This document shows positions 24,384 to 34,581 of a stretch of DNA of 64,000 bases, one piece after another. The position numbers and the translations under genes were made by a program. Position 1 is the stretch's first letter. The number at the start of each line of letters is the position of its first letter. Origin of the DNA: an uncultured Acidimicrobiaceae bacterium (lineage in GTDB: Bacteria; Actinomycetota; Acidimicrobiia; Spongiisociales; ZC4RG35); NCBI GenBank assembly GCA_964571765.1, contig CAZNDH010000008.1:141-64140 (forward strand), in the 5' to 3' direction. Under the pieces are notes generated by a model. That model was given only the letters and a program-made list of their open reading frames with translations. It did not search any database and was not told where the DNA came from.

Positions 24384-25160
24384 GTGGCCAACGGCAACGG
24401 GAGAACGGGTCTGAAGGACCGGGTGAAGGAGGCCCAGGAAAAGCTCTGGGGCTCACAGGTGGTTGATGCCATCCTCCGCCCGGGGTCTCCCTTCAAGCAG
24501 GGCTACCAGGACAGTCCGCGGAACCGCTCCTACGTGGTCATGAACAACGTCCTCTACCACCTGCACCCGGTCAAGGTGAAGCGCCACGGGGTGAAGCTCT
24601 CCTACACGTTGTGTCTAGGCGGGCTCAGCTTCTTCCTCTTCATCCTGCTCACCATCACCGGCATCTTCCTCATGTTCTATTACACCCCGACCACCGAGCT
24701 CGCCTACGCCGACATCGAGCGTCTCTCCACCGACGTGGCCTTCGGGACCATGGTGCGCAACCTGCACCGTTGGGGGGCCCACCTCATGGTCCTATCGGTG
24801 TTCCTCCACATGAGCCGGGTCTTCTACCACGGCGCCTACAAGCCGCCCCGTGAGTTCAACTGGGTGATCGGGGTCATCCTCCTCTTCCTCACGCTGTTCC
24901 TCTCATTCTCGGGGTACCTGCTCCCCTGGGATCAGCTCGCCTACTGGGCTGTGACCGTGGGCTCCAACATGGCGGCGGCTTCACCGGTTATCGGCGACCA
25001 GGTCCAGTTCGCCCTGTTCGGAGGGGTGGAGGTCAGCGGGGCCAGCCTGCTCCGCTTCTATGTCCTTCACGTGCTGGGCTTTCCCTTCATCATCGTCATC
25101 TTCATGGCCGTCCATTTCTGGCGTGTCCGCAAGGACGGCGGGATCTCGGGGCCTCTGTAG
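24384..25160 (+). CDS. petB: Cytochrome b6-like (N-terminal four-helix half of cytochrome b)
   Basis: GGGAGG lies upstream of the GTG start. The motifs RNLHRWGAHLMVLSVFLHM, YLLPWDQLAYWA and LHVLGFPFIIVIFMAVHF supply the haem-b ligand histidines. Confidence 0.9.
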   Translation: MANGNGRTGLKDRVKEAQEKLWGSQVVDAILRPGSPFKQGYQDSPRNRSYVVMNNVLYHLHPVKVKRHGVKLSYTLCLGGLSFFLFILLTITGIFLMFYYTPTTELAYADIERLSTDVAFGTMVRNLHRWGAHLMVLSVFLHMSRVFYHGAYKPPREFNWVIGVILLFLTLFLSFSGYLLPWDQLAYWAVTVGSNMAAASPVIGDQVQFALFGGVEVSGASLLRFYVLHVLGFPFIIVIFMAVHFWRVRKDGGISGPL

Positions 25161-25168
25161 GTGTAGCC

Positions 25169-26110
25169 ATGGTGGACATACCCGAAGACCTTCTGAGGAG
25201 ATCTGCGGAGGCCAAGGCCCGCGCCTTGGGCGTCCCGGTTGAGGACGTCCTCGCCGAGATGAAGGGGGAGGGCCCTCCGGTGGAGATCCCCCCACCCGAC
25301 GAGCCGCCCGCACCGGAGACCGCCGAAGAGGTCGCCGCGGAGACCGAGCCTGATCCGGAGCCGGTCCTCGAGGTCCCACAGGAGGACCAGCCCGACGCCG
25401 AGGTCGAGGTCGAGGCCGACGGCGATCAGGAGGTGGACCCGGAGGAGCCCAAGGTGGCGGTCTACGACGAAGAGCCGGTCCCCGAGCCCGAGCCGGTGGC
25501 GGCACCGCCTCCGGGCAACGGAGGGGGCCGGGTGGCCGCGTTGGTGACCCCGCGTCCGGTGGTTCCACCCACCGGTGTCCCTGAAGGGGTCCGTACCCAG
25601 CGCCTGCTCACCGTGGTCAAGGCGCGGGCCATCCAGAACGTCAAGGCCGAGCCCAGCGACAAGGTCAACACGTGGCCCCACCTGATGCTCCTCGAGTTCG
25701 GTGCCCTGCTCGCCATAACCGGCCTCTTGGTGATCATGGCGGTGGTAATCCACTCGCCCTTGCTCGACCCGGCCAACCCCAACGCCACACCCAACCCATC
25801 CAAGGCGCCCTGGTACTTCCTCGGCCTCCAGGAGCTGCTCAGCTACTTCGACCCTCAGATCGCCGGTGTGATGATCCCGCTGTTCATCGGGATCATCGGC
25901 TTCATGGCAATACCCTTCGTCGACAAGAACCCGTCCACCCGGCCCAGTGACCGCAAGTTCGCCATCATGCTGTACTCGATCTTCCTCGCCGGGTCGGCCA
26001 CGCTGACCATTTTCGGTGTCCTCTTCCGAGGTCTCGGGTTCAACTTCTCCTATCCGTGGCGGGACGGGATCTTCTTCGACGACCTACTCGACTGGGTGCA
26101 CTTCGAATGA
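25169..26110 (+). CDS. petD: Cytochrome b C-terminal half (subunit IV-like) with long acidic N-terminal extension
   Basis: PSKAPWYFLGLQELLSYF is the PEWY-type Qo motif region. The N-terminus MVDIPEDLLRRSAEAKARALGVPVEDVLAEMKG repeats the module seen on the two cytochrome c genes. Confidence 0.85.
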   Translation: MVDIPEDLLRRSAEAKARALGVPVEDVLAEMKGEGPPVEIPPPDEPPAPETAEEVAAETEPDPEPVLEVPQEDQPDAEVEVEADGDQEVDPEEPKVAVYDEEPVPEPEPVAAPPPGNGGGRVAALVTPRPVVPPTGVPEGVRTQRLLTVVKARAIQNVKAEPSDKVNTWPHLMLLEFGALLAITGLLVIMAVVIHSPLLDPANPNATPNPSKAPWYFLGLQELLSYFDPQIAGVMIPLFIGIIGFMAIPFVDKNPSTRPSDRKFAIMLYSIFLAGSATLTIFGVLFRGLGFNFSYPWRDGIFFDDLLDWVHFE

Positions 26111-26991
26111 CCTTCACCAACATGGTCCTGATCGGGGTGGCCGTCTTCGCCATCCTCGGCGCCATCGGAGCCTTCACCATCGCCTTCCGCCGCTCCCAGG
26201 CAGCCAGACCCCGGTCACCGGTGGAGGGGGTCTCCGAGGAGACCAGGCGGGCCGATCGCTCCCTGGTCGGGGTGAGGGTGGAGCCGATTGTGGTGGAGAT
26301 GGCCGAGCCGGAAGCCGAGGTCGAAGAGGGGCCCGAAGAGGTCGAGGAGCCGGACGCTGTCTCGGTCCGGCTGGTCGAGTCCCAGCGAGTGATCGAGGTC
26401 TCCCCCGAGGAGTCCGGAGTGAGCCGGCGCCAGTTCTTCAACCGGGCGATGAACGCCACCTTCTTCTCCTTCCTCGGCTTGATGGGAGTGAGCTCCCTGG
26501 CGATGTTCTGGCCCCGGCTGACCGGAGGGTTCGGAGCGGACATCGACGCCGGTGGGGTCACCGACCTGCAGACCCAGGTGGTGGCTCCCGACGGCTCGGT
26601 GGTGCCGGTGTTCGTCCCCGAGGCCCGGGCCTACGTGGTACCGGCACCCGACACCCTCTCCGAGCAATTCGTCGACCAGCCGGTCGCCGCTGCCGGCCTG
26701 ATGGCCCTCTTCCAGCGTTGTGTTCACCTCGGATGCCGGGTGCCCTGGTGTGCCACGGCGGTCGGCTTCGAATGCCCCTGCCACGGTTCCCGTTACAACG
26801 CCATCGGCGAGTACTTCGGAGGCCCCGCCGGCCGTAACCTCGACCGCTTCGCCGTCGAGCTCAGCGGCGACCGGTTCATCATCCGCACCGGGACCATCAT
26901 CGAGACCCCTCGCGCCCCCGCCCTCTCGGTGGCCTACCCGCAGGGCCCGAGTTGCATCGGCGTGGTCGGAGAGGACGAGGAAGACCACTAG
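26107..26991 (+). CDS. Rieske [2Fe-2S] protein
   Basis: ATGA overlap with the previous gene. The motifs CVHLGC and CPCHGS are present, with an internal SRRQFF twin-arginine-like segment. Confidence 0.9.
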   Translation: MTFTNMVLIGVAVFAILGAIGAFTIAFRRSQAARPRSPVEGVSEETRRADRSLVGVRVEPIVVEMAEPEAEVEEGPEEVEEPDAVSVRLVESQRVIEVSPEESGVSRRQFFNRAMNATFFSFLGLMGVSSLAMFWPRLTGGFGADIDAGGVTDLQTQVVAPDGSVVPVFVPEARAYVVPAPDTLSEQFVDQPVAAAGLMALFQRCVHLGCRVPWCATAVGFECPCHGSRYNAIGEYFGGPAGRNLDRFAVELSGDRFIIRTGTIIETPRAPALSVAYPQGPSCIGVVGEDEEDH

Positions 26992-27007
26992 TGGGGCCGA
27001 TGCCGGC

Positions 27008-28705
27008 ATGACCACCGAGATCATCACCGTCCTCGCCGTTATTGCCGGGATCGCCTGGCTCGGTGTGATGCTGGTCGCCGCATTCCGCAACCGCGGAGGC
27101 GAGGAGGTCCCCCCCAACCTGCAGCCCGGGATCGATGACCAGCAACTCGAGACCCGGCGGCTCGAGGGTGGTCAGAAGGCGGCGATCGTCTTCTCCGCCT
27201 TCCTCGCGGTGGCCCTCCCCCTCCATTTCCTCTCTGAGCCCAGCCGCCAGGCCGGCTTCGTCGAGGAGTTCGCCGAGGCCTCGGTGTCCCGGGGCGAGTC
27301 GCTGGCAATCGAGTTCGCTTGCTTCAGCTGCCACGGCCCCCTCGGGGCGGGCGGGGTGGCTCGTTTCGTCGAGCAGCGTTCCGGGGTGACTGTGGACTGG
27401 TTGACCCCCCGGCTCGACGACATCTTCTACCGCTACGGCGACGACGAGGTGGCCTTCTGGATCACCTATGGCCGTCCCAACACCCCGATGCCTCCTTGGG
27501 GCCTGGCCGGGGGTGGCCCGATGAACGAGCACCAGGTGCAGGATTTGGTCAGCTACTTGCGCACCATCCAGCGACCCCAGCAGGAGGTGGCGAACCAGGC
27601 GGCCGCGGCCCCGGGCAGCGAAGCGGCCCGGCTAGCCGGTGCCGACGCCGCGGTCGAGGCGGCGATCATCGACCAGTTGCAGGTGATAGCCGAGATGGAC
27701 CAGGCGCCCGAGGACCTCGCATTCGTTGGTCCTCTCGCCGAGAGAGCTCGCCAGGTCTTTGACGGGGCAGGCTCCGGCTTCGACACCGATGCCGACGGGC
27801 TCAGCGACGTCGCCGAAGTCGAGCTCACCGAGATCTCTGAGGCCGCCTATCTGTACTTCCAGGCGTTCGATCCCATCCAACTCGACCCCGAGGTAGCCGA
27901 CGCAGAGCTATTCGACGAGGCGATGGATCGGCTCCGCCAGGCGGCTCAGCGGGATCCGATCCTCCGCCCCCAAGTGGACGTCATCGAGAGAATCCTGGAG
28001 ACCGCCGAAGGGGAGGACACCGACGGCGACGGCATCCCCGACGCCGCCGAGACCCGGATCAACGCCCAGCTGACCGAGGCGGCCAGGGCGACCATCCCCG
28101 GTGAGGTGGCGACGGTGGTCCGTCTCGATCCGTCCAACCCGGAGACCACGTCGGGAGTGCCCGACCGCACCGCGGCGAGCAGGCTGGTGGGCGCACTGGA
28201 GTCGGTGGCGGTGGCCAAACGGGTCCTGGTGGAGAACGAGGACCGGATCAGGCCGGCCGAGGAGGCCGGGCTCGCCTTCCTTCGTCAGGCCCAACGAGAA
28301 CGGCGGTGGGATGTCGATGTCCCCGGTGTCGCCGCCGCCATGGGAGCCACCGAGGGGGAGGCTGCTCGAGCGGTCGGGCTGTTCAACGCCAACTGCGCCC
28401 GTTGTCACACCGCCGGCTTTTCGGCCGGCATGGCCTTCACCCAGGAGGTCGGGTCCGGTGGCTTCGGCCCGGCCCTATGGGAAGGCCGGCCGGTGGTCCA
28501 GTTCGGCGAGGCCCCCACCGACGAGACCCAGACCGACCTGTTGGTCGATTTCCTAACCAACGGCTCGGAGCCTCAGCGGCCCTACGGGCTCAACGGGGTG
28601 GGCACGGGCCGGATGCCAGGGTTCGGTCCCGTACTCCCGGAGTCCGACATCGAGCTTCTCGCTCGTTACCTGAGATCGGGCAACCTCAGCGGGAGGGAGG
28701 AATAG
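27008..28705 (+). CDS. Membrane-anchored dihaem c-type cytochrome (QcrC-like) with about 250-aa insert between the haem domains
   Basis: Haem motifs CFSCH (27320-27334) and CARCH (28394-28408). N-terminal TM segment. The start ATG at 27008 is in frame within track ORF 26720-28705. Confidence 0.8.
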   Translation: MTTEIITVLAVIAGIAWLGVMLVAAFRNRGGEEVPPNLQPGIDDQQLETRRLEGGQKAAIVFSAFLAVALPLHFLSEPSRQAGFVEEFAEASVSRGESLAIEFACFSCHGPLGAGGVARFVEQRSGVTVDWLTPRLDDIFYRYGDDEVAFWITYGRPNTPMPPWGLAGGGPMNEHQVQDLVSYLRTIQRPQQEVANQAAAAPGSEAARLAGADAAVEAAIIDQLQVIAEMDQAPEDLAFVGPLAERARQVFDGAGSGFDTDADGLSDVAEVELTEISEAAYLYFQAFDPIQLDPEVADAELFDEAMDRLRQAAQRDPILRPQVDVIERILETAEGEDTDGDGIPDAAETRINAQLTEAARATIPGEVATVVRLDPSNPETTSGVPDRTAASRLVGALESVAVAKRVLVENEDRIRPAEEAGLAFLRQAQRERRWDVDVPGVAAAMGATEGEAARAVGLFNANCARCHTAGFSAGMAFTQEVGSGGFGPALWEGRPVVQFGEAPTDETQTDLLVDFLTNGSEPQRPYGLNGVGTGRMPGFGPVLPESDIELLARYLRSGNLSGREE

Positions 28706-29062
28706 ATGTTCCGTGAGCTGTTCCGATCCCTGCTCTCGGCGAACATGTTCGTCACCGGGATCATCCTCACCCTGGTCTCGGTCCTCCTCTTCTACGGGTC
28801 GATGTATCTGTTCAACTACACCAACTTGGGCAAGAAGCTCGGCTTCTTGGTGACCGGTGCCGCGGTCTTCGGCTGGTTGTCGATCAGCTCACTCCTGTTC
28901 GTGGTCTACGCCCCACGGGGTCCCCGTCCGGCGAGCATCGAGGGGCTCAACGCCTTCGAAGTCCGGATCATCCCCCTCACCTACCTCATGGTCGCGGCGG
29001 TCCTCTTCTTGGTATTCCTCACCGCCCTCCACCAGTACGAGGAGACCCGCGAAGGCGACTAG
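28706..29062 (+). CDS. Small three-TM membrane protein, last gene of the b6c-type operon
   Basis: The ATG comes immediately after the upstream stop. Three hydrophobic helices. Confidence 0.5.
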   Translation: MFRELFRSLLSANMFVTGIILTLVSVLLFYGSMYLFNYTNLGKKLGFLVTGAAVFGWLSISSLLFVVYAPRGPRPASIEGLNAFEVRIIPLTYLMVAAVLFLVFLTALHQYEETREGD

Positions 29063-29152
29063 GTGTCTCCCGCCCGAGCAGGGACTTCGTACTTCGTTCC
29101 CCTGCAGTCACAGCACGAGTAGCGGGAGCCAGCAGGCAGGGAGCTTCAGGGC

Positions 29153-29761
29153 TCAGCCGTAATAGCTGAGGATTTGGAGCTCGTGGGAAAGGTCGACCTG
29201 TCGCACCGCCACCGACGGGGGCACATCCACCCTGACCGGGGCGAAGTTGAGGATCGAGGTGATCCCGGTGCCGACCAGGGCGTCGGCCACCTTCTGGGCA
29301 GCCCCGGCAGGCACCGTGAGAATGGCCATGTCGAACAACTCGGCGGCGCGGTCCTCAGGCATCAGATCCAGAGAGCGCACCTCGATTCCCGAGACCTTCT
29401 CGCCGATCCGTCTCGGGTCGACGTCGTATATGACTGCCACGTCGAATCCCCTCCGAGTCAGGCCGGAGTACCGGGCCAGGGCAGTCCCCAGGTTGCCGGC
29501 GCCGAAGATCGCGACCCGCCGACGCTTCTCGATGCCCAGCTCCCGGCGTATCCGATCGCGTAGGTTGGCCGCTGGATAACCCACCCCGCGGATCCCCTGG
29601 AAGCCGAGCGCCGCCAGGTCCCGCCGGACGTTGGCCGCGGTCACCCCTCCGGCCTCGGCCAGCTCGTCGGAGCTGACCGTTTCCCGGGAGCCGTTGCCGT
29701 CTTCGAGGAGACGCAGATACCTGGGGAGCCTGACCACGGTGGCCCGGGAGAGGTGAGTCAT
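29153..29761 (-). CDS. rex: Redox-sensing transcriptional repressor Rex
   Basis: MTHLSRATVVRLPRYLRLLE..., VTAANVRRDLAALG and the Rossmann motif VAIFGAGNLGTALA. The upstream part of track ORF 29153-30427 is antisense to the next gene. Confidence 0.9.
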   Translation of the reverse strand: MTHLSRATVVRLPRYLRLLEDGNGSRETVSSDELAEAGGVTAANVRRDLAALGFQGIRGVGYPAANLRDRIRRELGIEKRRRVAIFGAGNLGTALARYSGLTRRGFDVAVIYDVDPRRIGEKVSGIEVRSLDLMPEDRAAELFDMAILTVPAGAAQKVADALVGTGITSILNFAPVRVDVPPSVAVRQVDLSHELQILSYYG

Positions 29762-29830
29762 CGACAGGCGACGATACATCCGCTCACCGGTTCTGCTTTC
29801 TGCCCGGGCGCCTCCTACGCTCGGGACTCG

Positions 29831-31069
29831 ATGAGCTCTTTTGGGGTCCTGGTCGTGGGTGGTGGCCCAGCGGGAAGCGCCGTTGCTCTGTGGCTGGCCA
29901 GGGCCGGCCACCAGGTGACCATGGTCGAGGCCAAGGAGTACCCCAGGGAAAAGACCTGCGGCGACGGCCTCACCCCGAGGGCGATCCTCCAACTCGATGA
30001 GATGGGTTTCGACTTCGACGTTCCCGGCTTCCACCGCATCGATGGGCTGCGTTCCTTTGCCGGAGACGAGCTGATGATCGAGATGCCCTGGCCGGAACAC
30101 AGCCGGTTCCCCAACTGGGGTGGGGTGATCCGCCGGCGTGATCTCGACGAGCAGGTCGCCCGTCTCGCCGAGAAGGAGGGGGTGGCAATCCGGGAGAAGA
30201 CCACGGCGACCCCGATGATCGAGGAGGGGAGGCTGGCCTTGGTCGAGCTCAACAGTGGCGGGGAACGCGAACTGGTCACCCCGGACATCACGGTGATCGC
30301 CGACGGCTCGATGAACCGCTTCGGGAGGGAGCTGGGGACCGCCCGGCGCAAGGACTACCCGCTGGGCCTGGCCGCCCGCGGCTACTACAGCTCCCCGCGA
30401 TCCGACGACCCCTTCCTGGAGAGCCAACTCGACCTGCGAGACTCCTCGGGGGCGACCATGCCCGGATATGGATGGGTGTTCCCGCTAGGGGACGGGACGG
30501 TCAACGTGGGAGTCGGACTGCTCTCCACCTTCAAGAGGTGGAAGCACGTCAACACCACCCACATGATGAACGACTATGCGGCCAATGCCCCCGAGTACTG
30601 GGGTCTCTCCGAGGGGACCAAGCTGACCAAGCCGGTGGGTGGCAAGCTGATCATGTCGTTCTCCCGGGGCCCCCTGGTCGGCGCCAACTGGATAACCATC
30701 GGCGACGCTGCCGGCTCGATCAACCCGTGGAACGGAGAGGGGATCTCCTATGCCTACGAGACTGGCCGTCTTGCCGCCGACTACGTGGGTCAGGCGATCG
30801 CCACCGGCGACCTCGGGTTGCTCCGACGCTACCCCCAGCGCCTCGAGGACGAGTTCGGGCTCTACTACAAGATGGCCCGGATCTTCGTCAAGTTGATCGG
30901 CAACCCCCCGGTGATGCGCACCCTGGCCCACACCGGCCTGCGTAACCGGCCCCTCATGGAGTGGACCCTCAAAGTGATGGCCAACCTTCTCGACGAAGAC
31001 GAGAAGCACGTCGGCGAGCGGGCTTACGACGCACTGGCCGCCATCGTCCGCACCCTTCCCACCAAGTGA
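29831..31069 (+). CDS. Geranylgeranyl reductase-family FAD-dependent oxidoreductase (MenJ-like candidate)
   Basis: FGVLVVGGGPAGSAVALWLARAGHQVTMVEAKEYPREKTCGDGLTPRA is the family N-terminus. Confidence 0.8.
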   Translation: MSSFGVLVVGGGPAGSAVALWLARAGHQVTMVEAKEYPREKTCGDGLTPRAILQLDEMGFDFDVPGFHRIDGLRSFAGDELMIEMPWPEHSRFPNWGGVIRRRDLDEQVARLAEKEGVAIREKTTATPMIEEGRLALVELNSGGERELVTPDITVIADGSMNRFGRELGTARRKDYPLGLAARGYYSSPRSDDPFLESQLDLRDSSGATMPGYGWVFPLGDGTVNVGVGLLSTFKRWKHVNTTHMMNDYAANAPEYWGLSEGTKLTKPVGGKLIMSFSRGPLVGANWITIGDAAGSINPWNGEGISYAYETGRLAADYVGQAIATGDLGLLRRYPQRLEDEFGLYYKMARIFVKLIGNPPVMRTLAHTGLRNRPLMEWTLKVMANLLDEDEKHVGERAYDALAAIVRTLPTK

Positions 31070-31169
31070 CCGCTGAGTCGCCGGTGGGGTGCCACTCACA
31101 CGGGAGACGGCGACCGGAGACCCGCTCACATCTGCTCTCCGGATGCCGATATGAGGTTCAGGTAGAAAC

Positions 31170-31835
31170 ATGGACCGTCCTGAGCTGCTCGCCTTCGACG
31201 TGAATGAGACCCTGCTCGATCTGGCGCCGCTGATGCGGCGGGTCGACGACGTGGTGGGCGCCCCGGCCGGGGAGTGGCTGGTGCGGGCGCTCCATGCCTC
31301 GCTGGTGGCCAACGAGGTGGGGTGGTACCGGCCATTCGACGAGATAGGGGTCGACGCCCTGGTCGGCCTGGCGAGAAGGCGCGGCCTATCGCTGAGTCCG
31401 GCGTCGGCCGGTGAGGTGGTGCAGACCATGTGGCGGCTCCCCATCCACCTCGACGTCTACAACGCCCTGGAGCGTCTCTTCGACGACGGATACGCCATGG
31501 TGGCGCTGACCAACAACTCGACGGCCGCGGCCAACGCCCAGATCGAGGCCGCCGGGCTCCACGTCTTCTTGAGGCGGGTGATCTCGGTCGAGGAGGTGGA
31601 GCTGTTCAAGCCGGCGGCCGAGGTCTACCTCCACGCCGCCAGGGTGATGAAAGTCGAGTCGAGGTCGATGATGATGGTGGCCGCCCACGACTGGGACTGC
31701 GCCGGGGCGATGGCCATCGGTGCCCGGGCCGCCCTGGTCGCACGTCACGGCGCCCGGTGGTCGCTGCCCGGGTCTGGGCCCGAGCTGACCGTCGAAGACC
31801 TGACCGCCCTGGCCGCCGCCCTCACCGGGGCCTGA
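31170..31835 (+). CDS. HAD-superfamily hydrolase (haloacid dehalogenase type II-like)
   Basis: LLAFDVNETLLDL (DxN/DxT motif I), LTNNS, and KP...MMVAAHDWDCAGA. Confidence 0.7.
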   Translation: MDRPELLAFDVNETLLDLAPLMRRVDDVVGAPAGEWLVRALHASLVANEVGWYRPFDEIGVDALVGLARRRGLSLSPASAGEVVQTMWRLPIHLDVYNALERLFDDGYAMVALTNNSTAAANAQIEAAGLHVFLRRVISVEEVELFKPAAEVYLHAARVMKVESRSMMMVAAHDWDCAGAMAIGARAALVARHGARWSLPGSGPELTVEDLTALAAALTGA

Positions 31836-31848
31836 GAACCCCGTTCCC

Positions 31849-32297
31849 GTGATTTCGGGCCGATTCGCGGCCGCCTCTATGCTCCAAACGGTGACTCTGG
31901 GCGACTACCTGCCGATCGCCGTGATGATGATTCTGGCCGCCGGATTCGTCGCGGTCTCGCTGCTGGTGTCCCGTCTCTTCAGCCCGGACCGGCCCACTCC
32001 GGAGAAGCTCGACCCCTACGAGTGCGGGATCGTCCCCGAGGTGGAGCCCTCCCAGCGGTTCCCGATCAAGTTCTATCTGGTGGCGATGCTCTTCGTCATC
32101 TTCGATGTGGAGATCATCTTCCTCTTCGCCTGGGCCTCGATCTGGGTCGACCTGGGATGGTATGGGGTGGCCGCCATCCTCATCTTCACCTTTTTCGTGG
32201 CCGAGACGCTGGCCTACGTGTGGAAGCGGGGTGCCCTCGACTGGAACGTGAGAGGCCGGACCCGCTACCTGCCCCGGTCCGGTGAGGAGGCCGCCTG

Positions 32298-32298
<1 letters not shown>
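31849..32298 (+). CDS. nuoA: NADH-quinone oxidoreductase subunit A (operon 1)
   Basis: YECGI...[27 protein letters not shown]. An alternative start ATG lies at 31879. Confidence 0.85.
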
Positions 32299-32761
<463 letters not shown>

Positions 32762-32765
<4 letters not shown>

Positions 32766-33235
32766 TCCCTGAGCTCGAGGCGGTGGCGGGCCGGTTCGAA
32801 GGGGTGCGATGGGAGGAGTCCCAAGGCCAGGCCGTTGCCGAGGTCCCCTCAGACCAGTGGTATCCGTTCGCCGAAGCCCTCAAAGGGGCCGGCTTCGAGA
32901 TGTGCTCCGATGTGACCGCGGTCGACTGGATGCGGGCACGTCCCCAGCGCTACCAGGTAGTGGCCAACCTGACGTCCATCGGTCTTCTCACCCGGGTGCG
33001 GATGGTCACCGCGCTCGACCGCGAACAGCCCTCGCTGGCCTCGATCACCCCGATCTGGCCCGGCGCCGGTTTCGCCGAGCGCGAGGTCTACGACATGTTC
33101 GGCATCATTTTCGAGGGACACCCCGACCTGACCCGGATCCTCATGCCCGACGACTGGGAGGGCCACCCCCTGCGCAAGGACTTCGGGGTGGGGTCTGTAC
33201 CTGTCCAGTTCAAGACCTCACCAAAGGCGACCTGA
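32762..33235 (+). CDS. nuoC: NADH-quinone oxidoreductase subunit C (operon 1)
   Basis: TTG at 32762 overlaps the nuoB stop. ANWHEREV-type motif [40 protein letters not shown]. Confidence 0.85.
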
Positions 33236-34581
33236 TGGACACGGGCAAGGATCTGGAGCAGGTCGACCTCTGGGTGGCCGGGACCGAGGAGCCCCGGTTC
33301 CAACCCACCGACGAAGGGGCCCAGGAGATGGCCGACGTGGAGACCGAGCCTCGCCTCGCCGAGCAGTCCGGCCGGGTAGTCGAGGACGACTACCTCTTCG
33401 ACGACGAGGCCCCCGGCGAGGAGCGAATGATCGTCAACATGGGTCCCCAACACCCCTCTACCCACGGTGTCCTCCGATTGCAGATCGAGATGGAGGGGGA
33501 GGTGGTACGGCGGAGCAAGCCGATCATCGGTTACCTCCATACCGGGATGGAGAAGACCGCGGAGCAGCTCACTTTCGGCCAAGGACCCACCAACGTGACC
33601 CGGATGGACTACCTGGCCCCGCTGCACTGCGAGCTGGCCTACTGCCTGGCAGTGGAGAGACTCCTCGGGGTGGAGGTCCCCCCCCGGGCCCAGGCCATCC
33701 GGGTGCTGATGACCGAGCTCAACCGAGTCTCCTCGCACCTGGTGGCTCTGGCCACCAACGGGATGGACATCGGGGCAATCTCGATGATGATCTACGGGTT
33801 CAGGGAACGGGAATCGATTCTCGCCTTCTTCGAAAAGACCACCGGGCTGAGGATGAACCACAACTACATCCGGCCCGGGGGCGTCGCCGCCGACCTTCCC
33901 CCAGGATGGAAGGACGATGTCGGCGCCCTACTCACCGAGCTGCCGGGCCGGATCCGCCAGTACGACGACCTCCTCGAGAACAATCCGATCTGGCTGGCCC
34001 GCACCAAAGGAGTAGGGGTGATCACTGCCGAAGAGGCGATTGCCTACTCGATCACCGGGCCGGCCCTGCGTGCCGCCGGTGTGGCCTGGGACCTGCGCAA
34101 GGCGTTCCCCTACTCCGGCATCGAGGACTACCAGTTCGAGGTGGTCACCGGTGAGAGCGGCGATGTCTACGACCGCTACCGGGTGCGGGTCGATGAGATC
34201 GGCGAGTCGCTCAAGATCGTCGAGCAGGTGATGGATGCCATGCCCCGAGGTGACTTCCGGGTGCCCGACCGCAAGATCACCCCGCCGCCCCGCGCCCGGA
34301 TCGACGAGTCGATGGAAGCCCTGATCCACCACTTCAAACTGTTCACCGAGGGTTTCAAGGTGTCTCCCGGGGAGACCTATGCGGCGGTTGAGTCACCCCG
34401 AGGGGAGCTGGGCTGCTACCTGGTCTCTGACGGGGGTGCCCGCCCCTACCGGATGCACACCCGGGCCCCCTCCTTCTACAACCTGCAGGGCCTGCCCATC
34501 GCCATGGTCGACAGCTTGATGGCCGACACCGTGGCCACCATCGCCTCGATGGACCCGGTCATGGGGGACGTGGACCGTTGA
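33235..34581 (+). CDS. nuoD: NADH-quinone oxidoreductase subunit D (operon 1)
   Basis: ATGA overlap with nuoC. NMGPQHPSTHGVLRL, and a C-terminus ending ...MGDVDR. Confidence 0.95.
   Translation: MDTGKDLEQVDLWVAGTEEPRFQPTDEGAQEMADVETEPRLAEQSGRVVEDDYLFDDEAPGEERMIVNMGPQHPSTHGVLRLQIEMEGEVVRRSKPIIGYLHTGMEKTAEQLTFGQGPTNVTRMDYLAPLHCELAYCLAVERLLGVEVPPRAQAIRVLMTELNRVSSHLVALATNGMDIGAISMMIYGFRERESILAFFEKTTGLRMNHNYIRPGGVAADLPPGWKDDVGALLTELPGRIRQYDDLLENNPIWLARTKGVGVITAEEAIAYSITGPALRAAGVAWDLRKAFPYSGIEDYQFEVVTGESGDVYDRYRVRVDEIGESLKIVEQVMDAMPRGDFRVPDRKITPPPRARIDESMEALIHHFKLFTEGFKVSPGETYAAVESPRGELGCYLVSDGGARPYRMHTRAPSFYNLQGLPIAMVDSLMADTVATIASMDPVMGDVDR

Noticed and set aside
29762-30427. N-terminal 220 aa or so of the 424-aa minus-strand ORF 29153-30427.
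   Set aside because: Rex begins at ATG 29761 with its canonical N-terminus. The upstream part is antisense to the geranylgeranyl-reductase-family gene (29831-31069), which has a strong FAD-binding motif.
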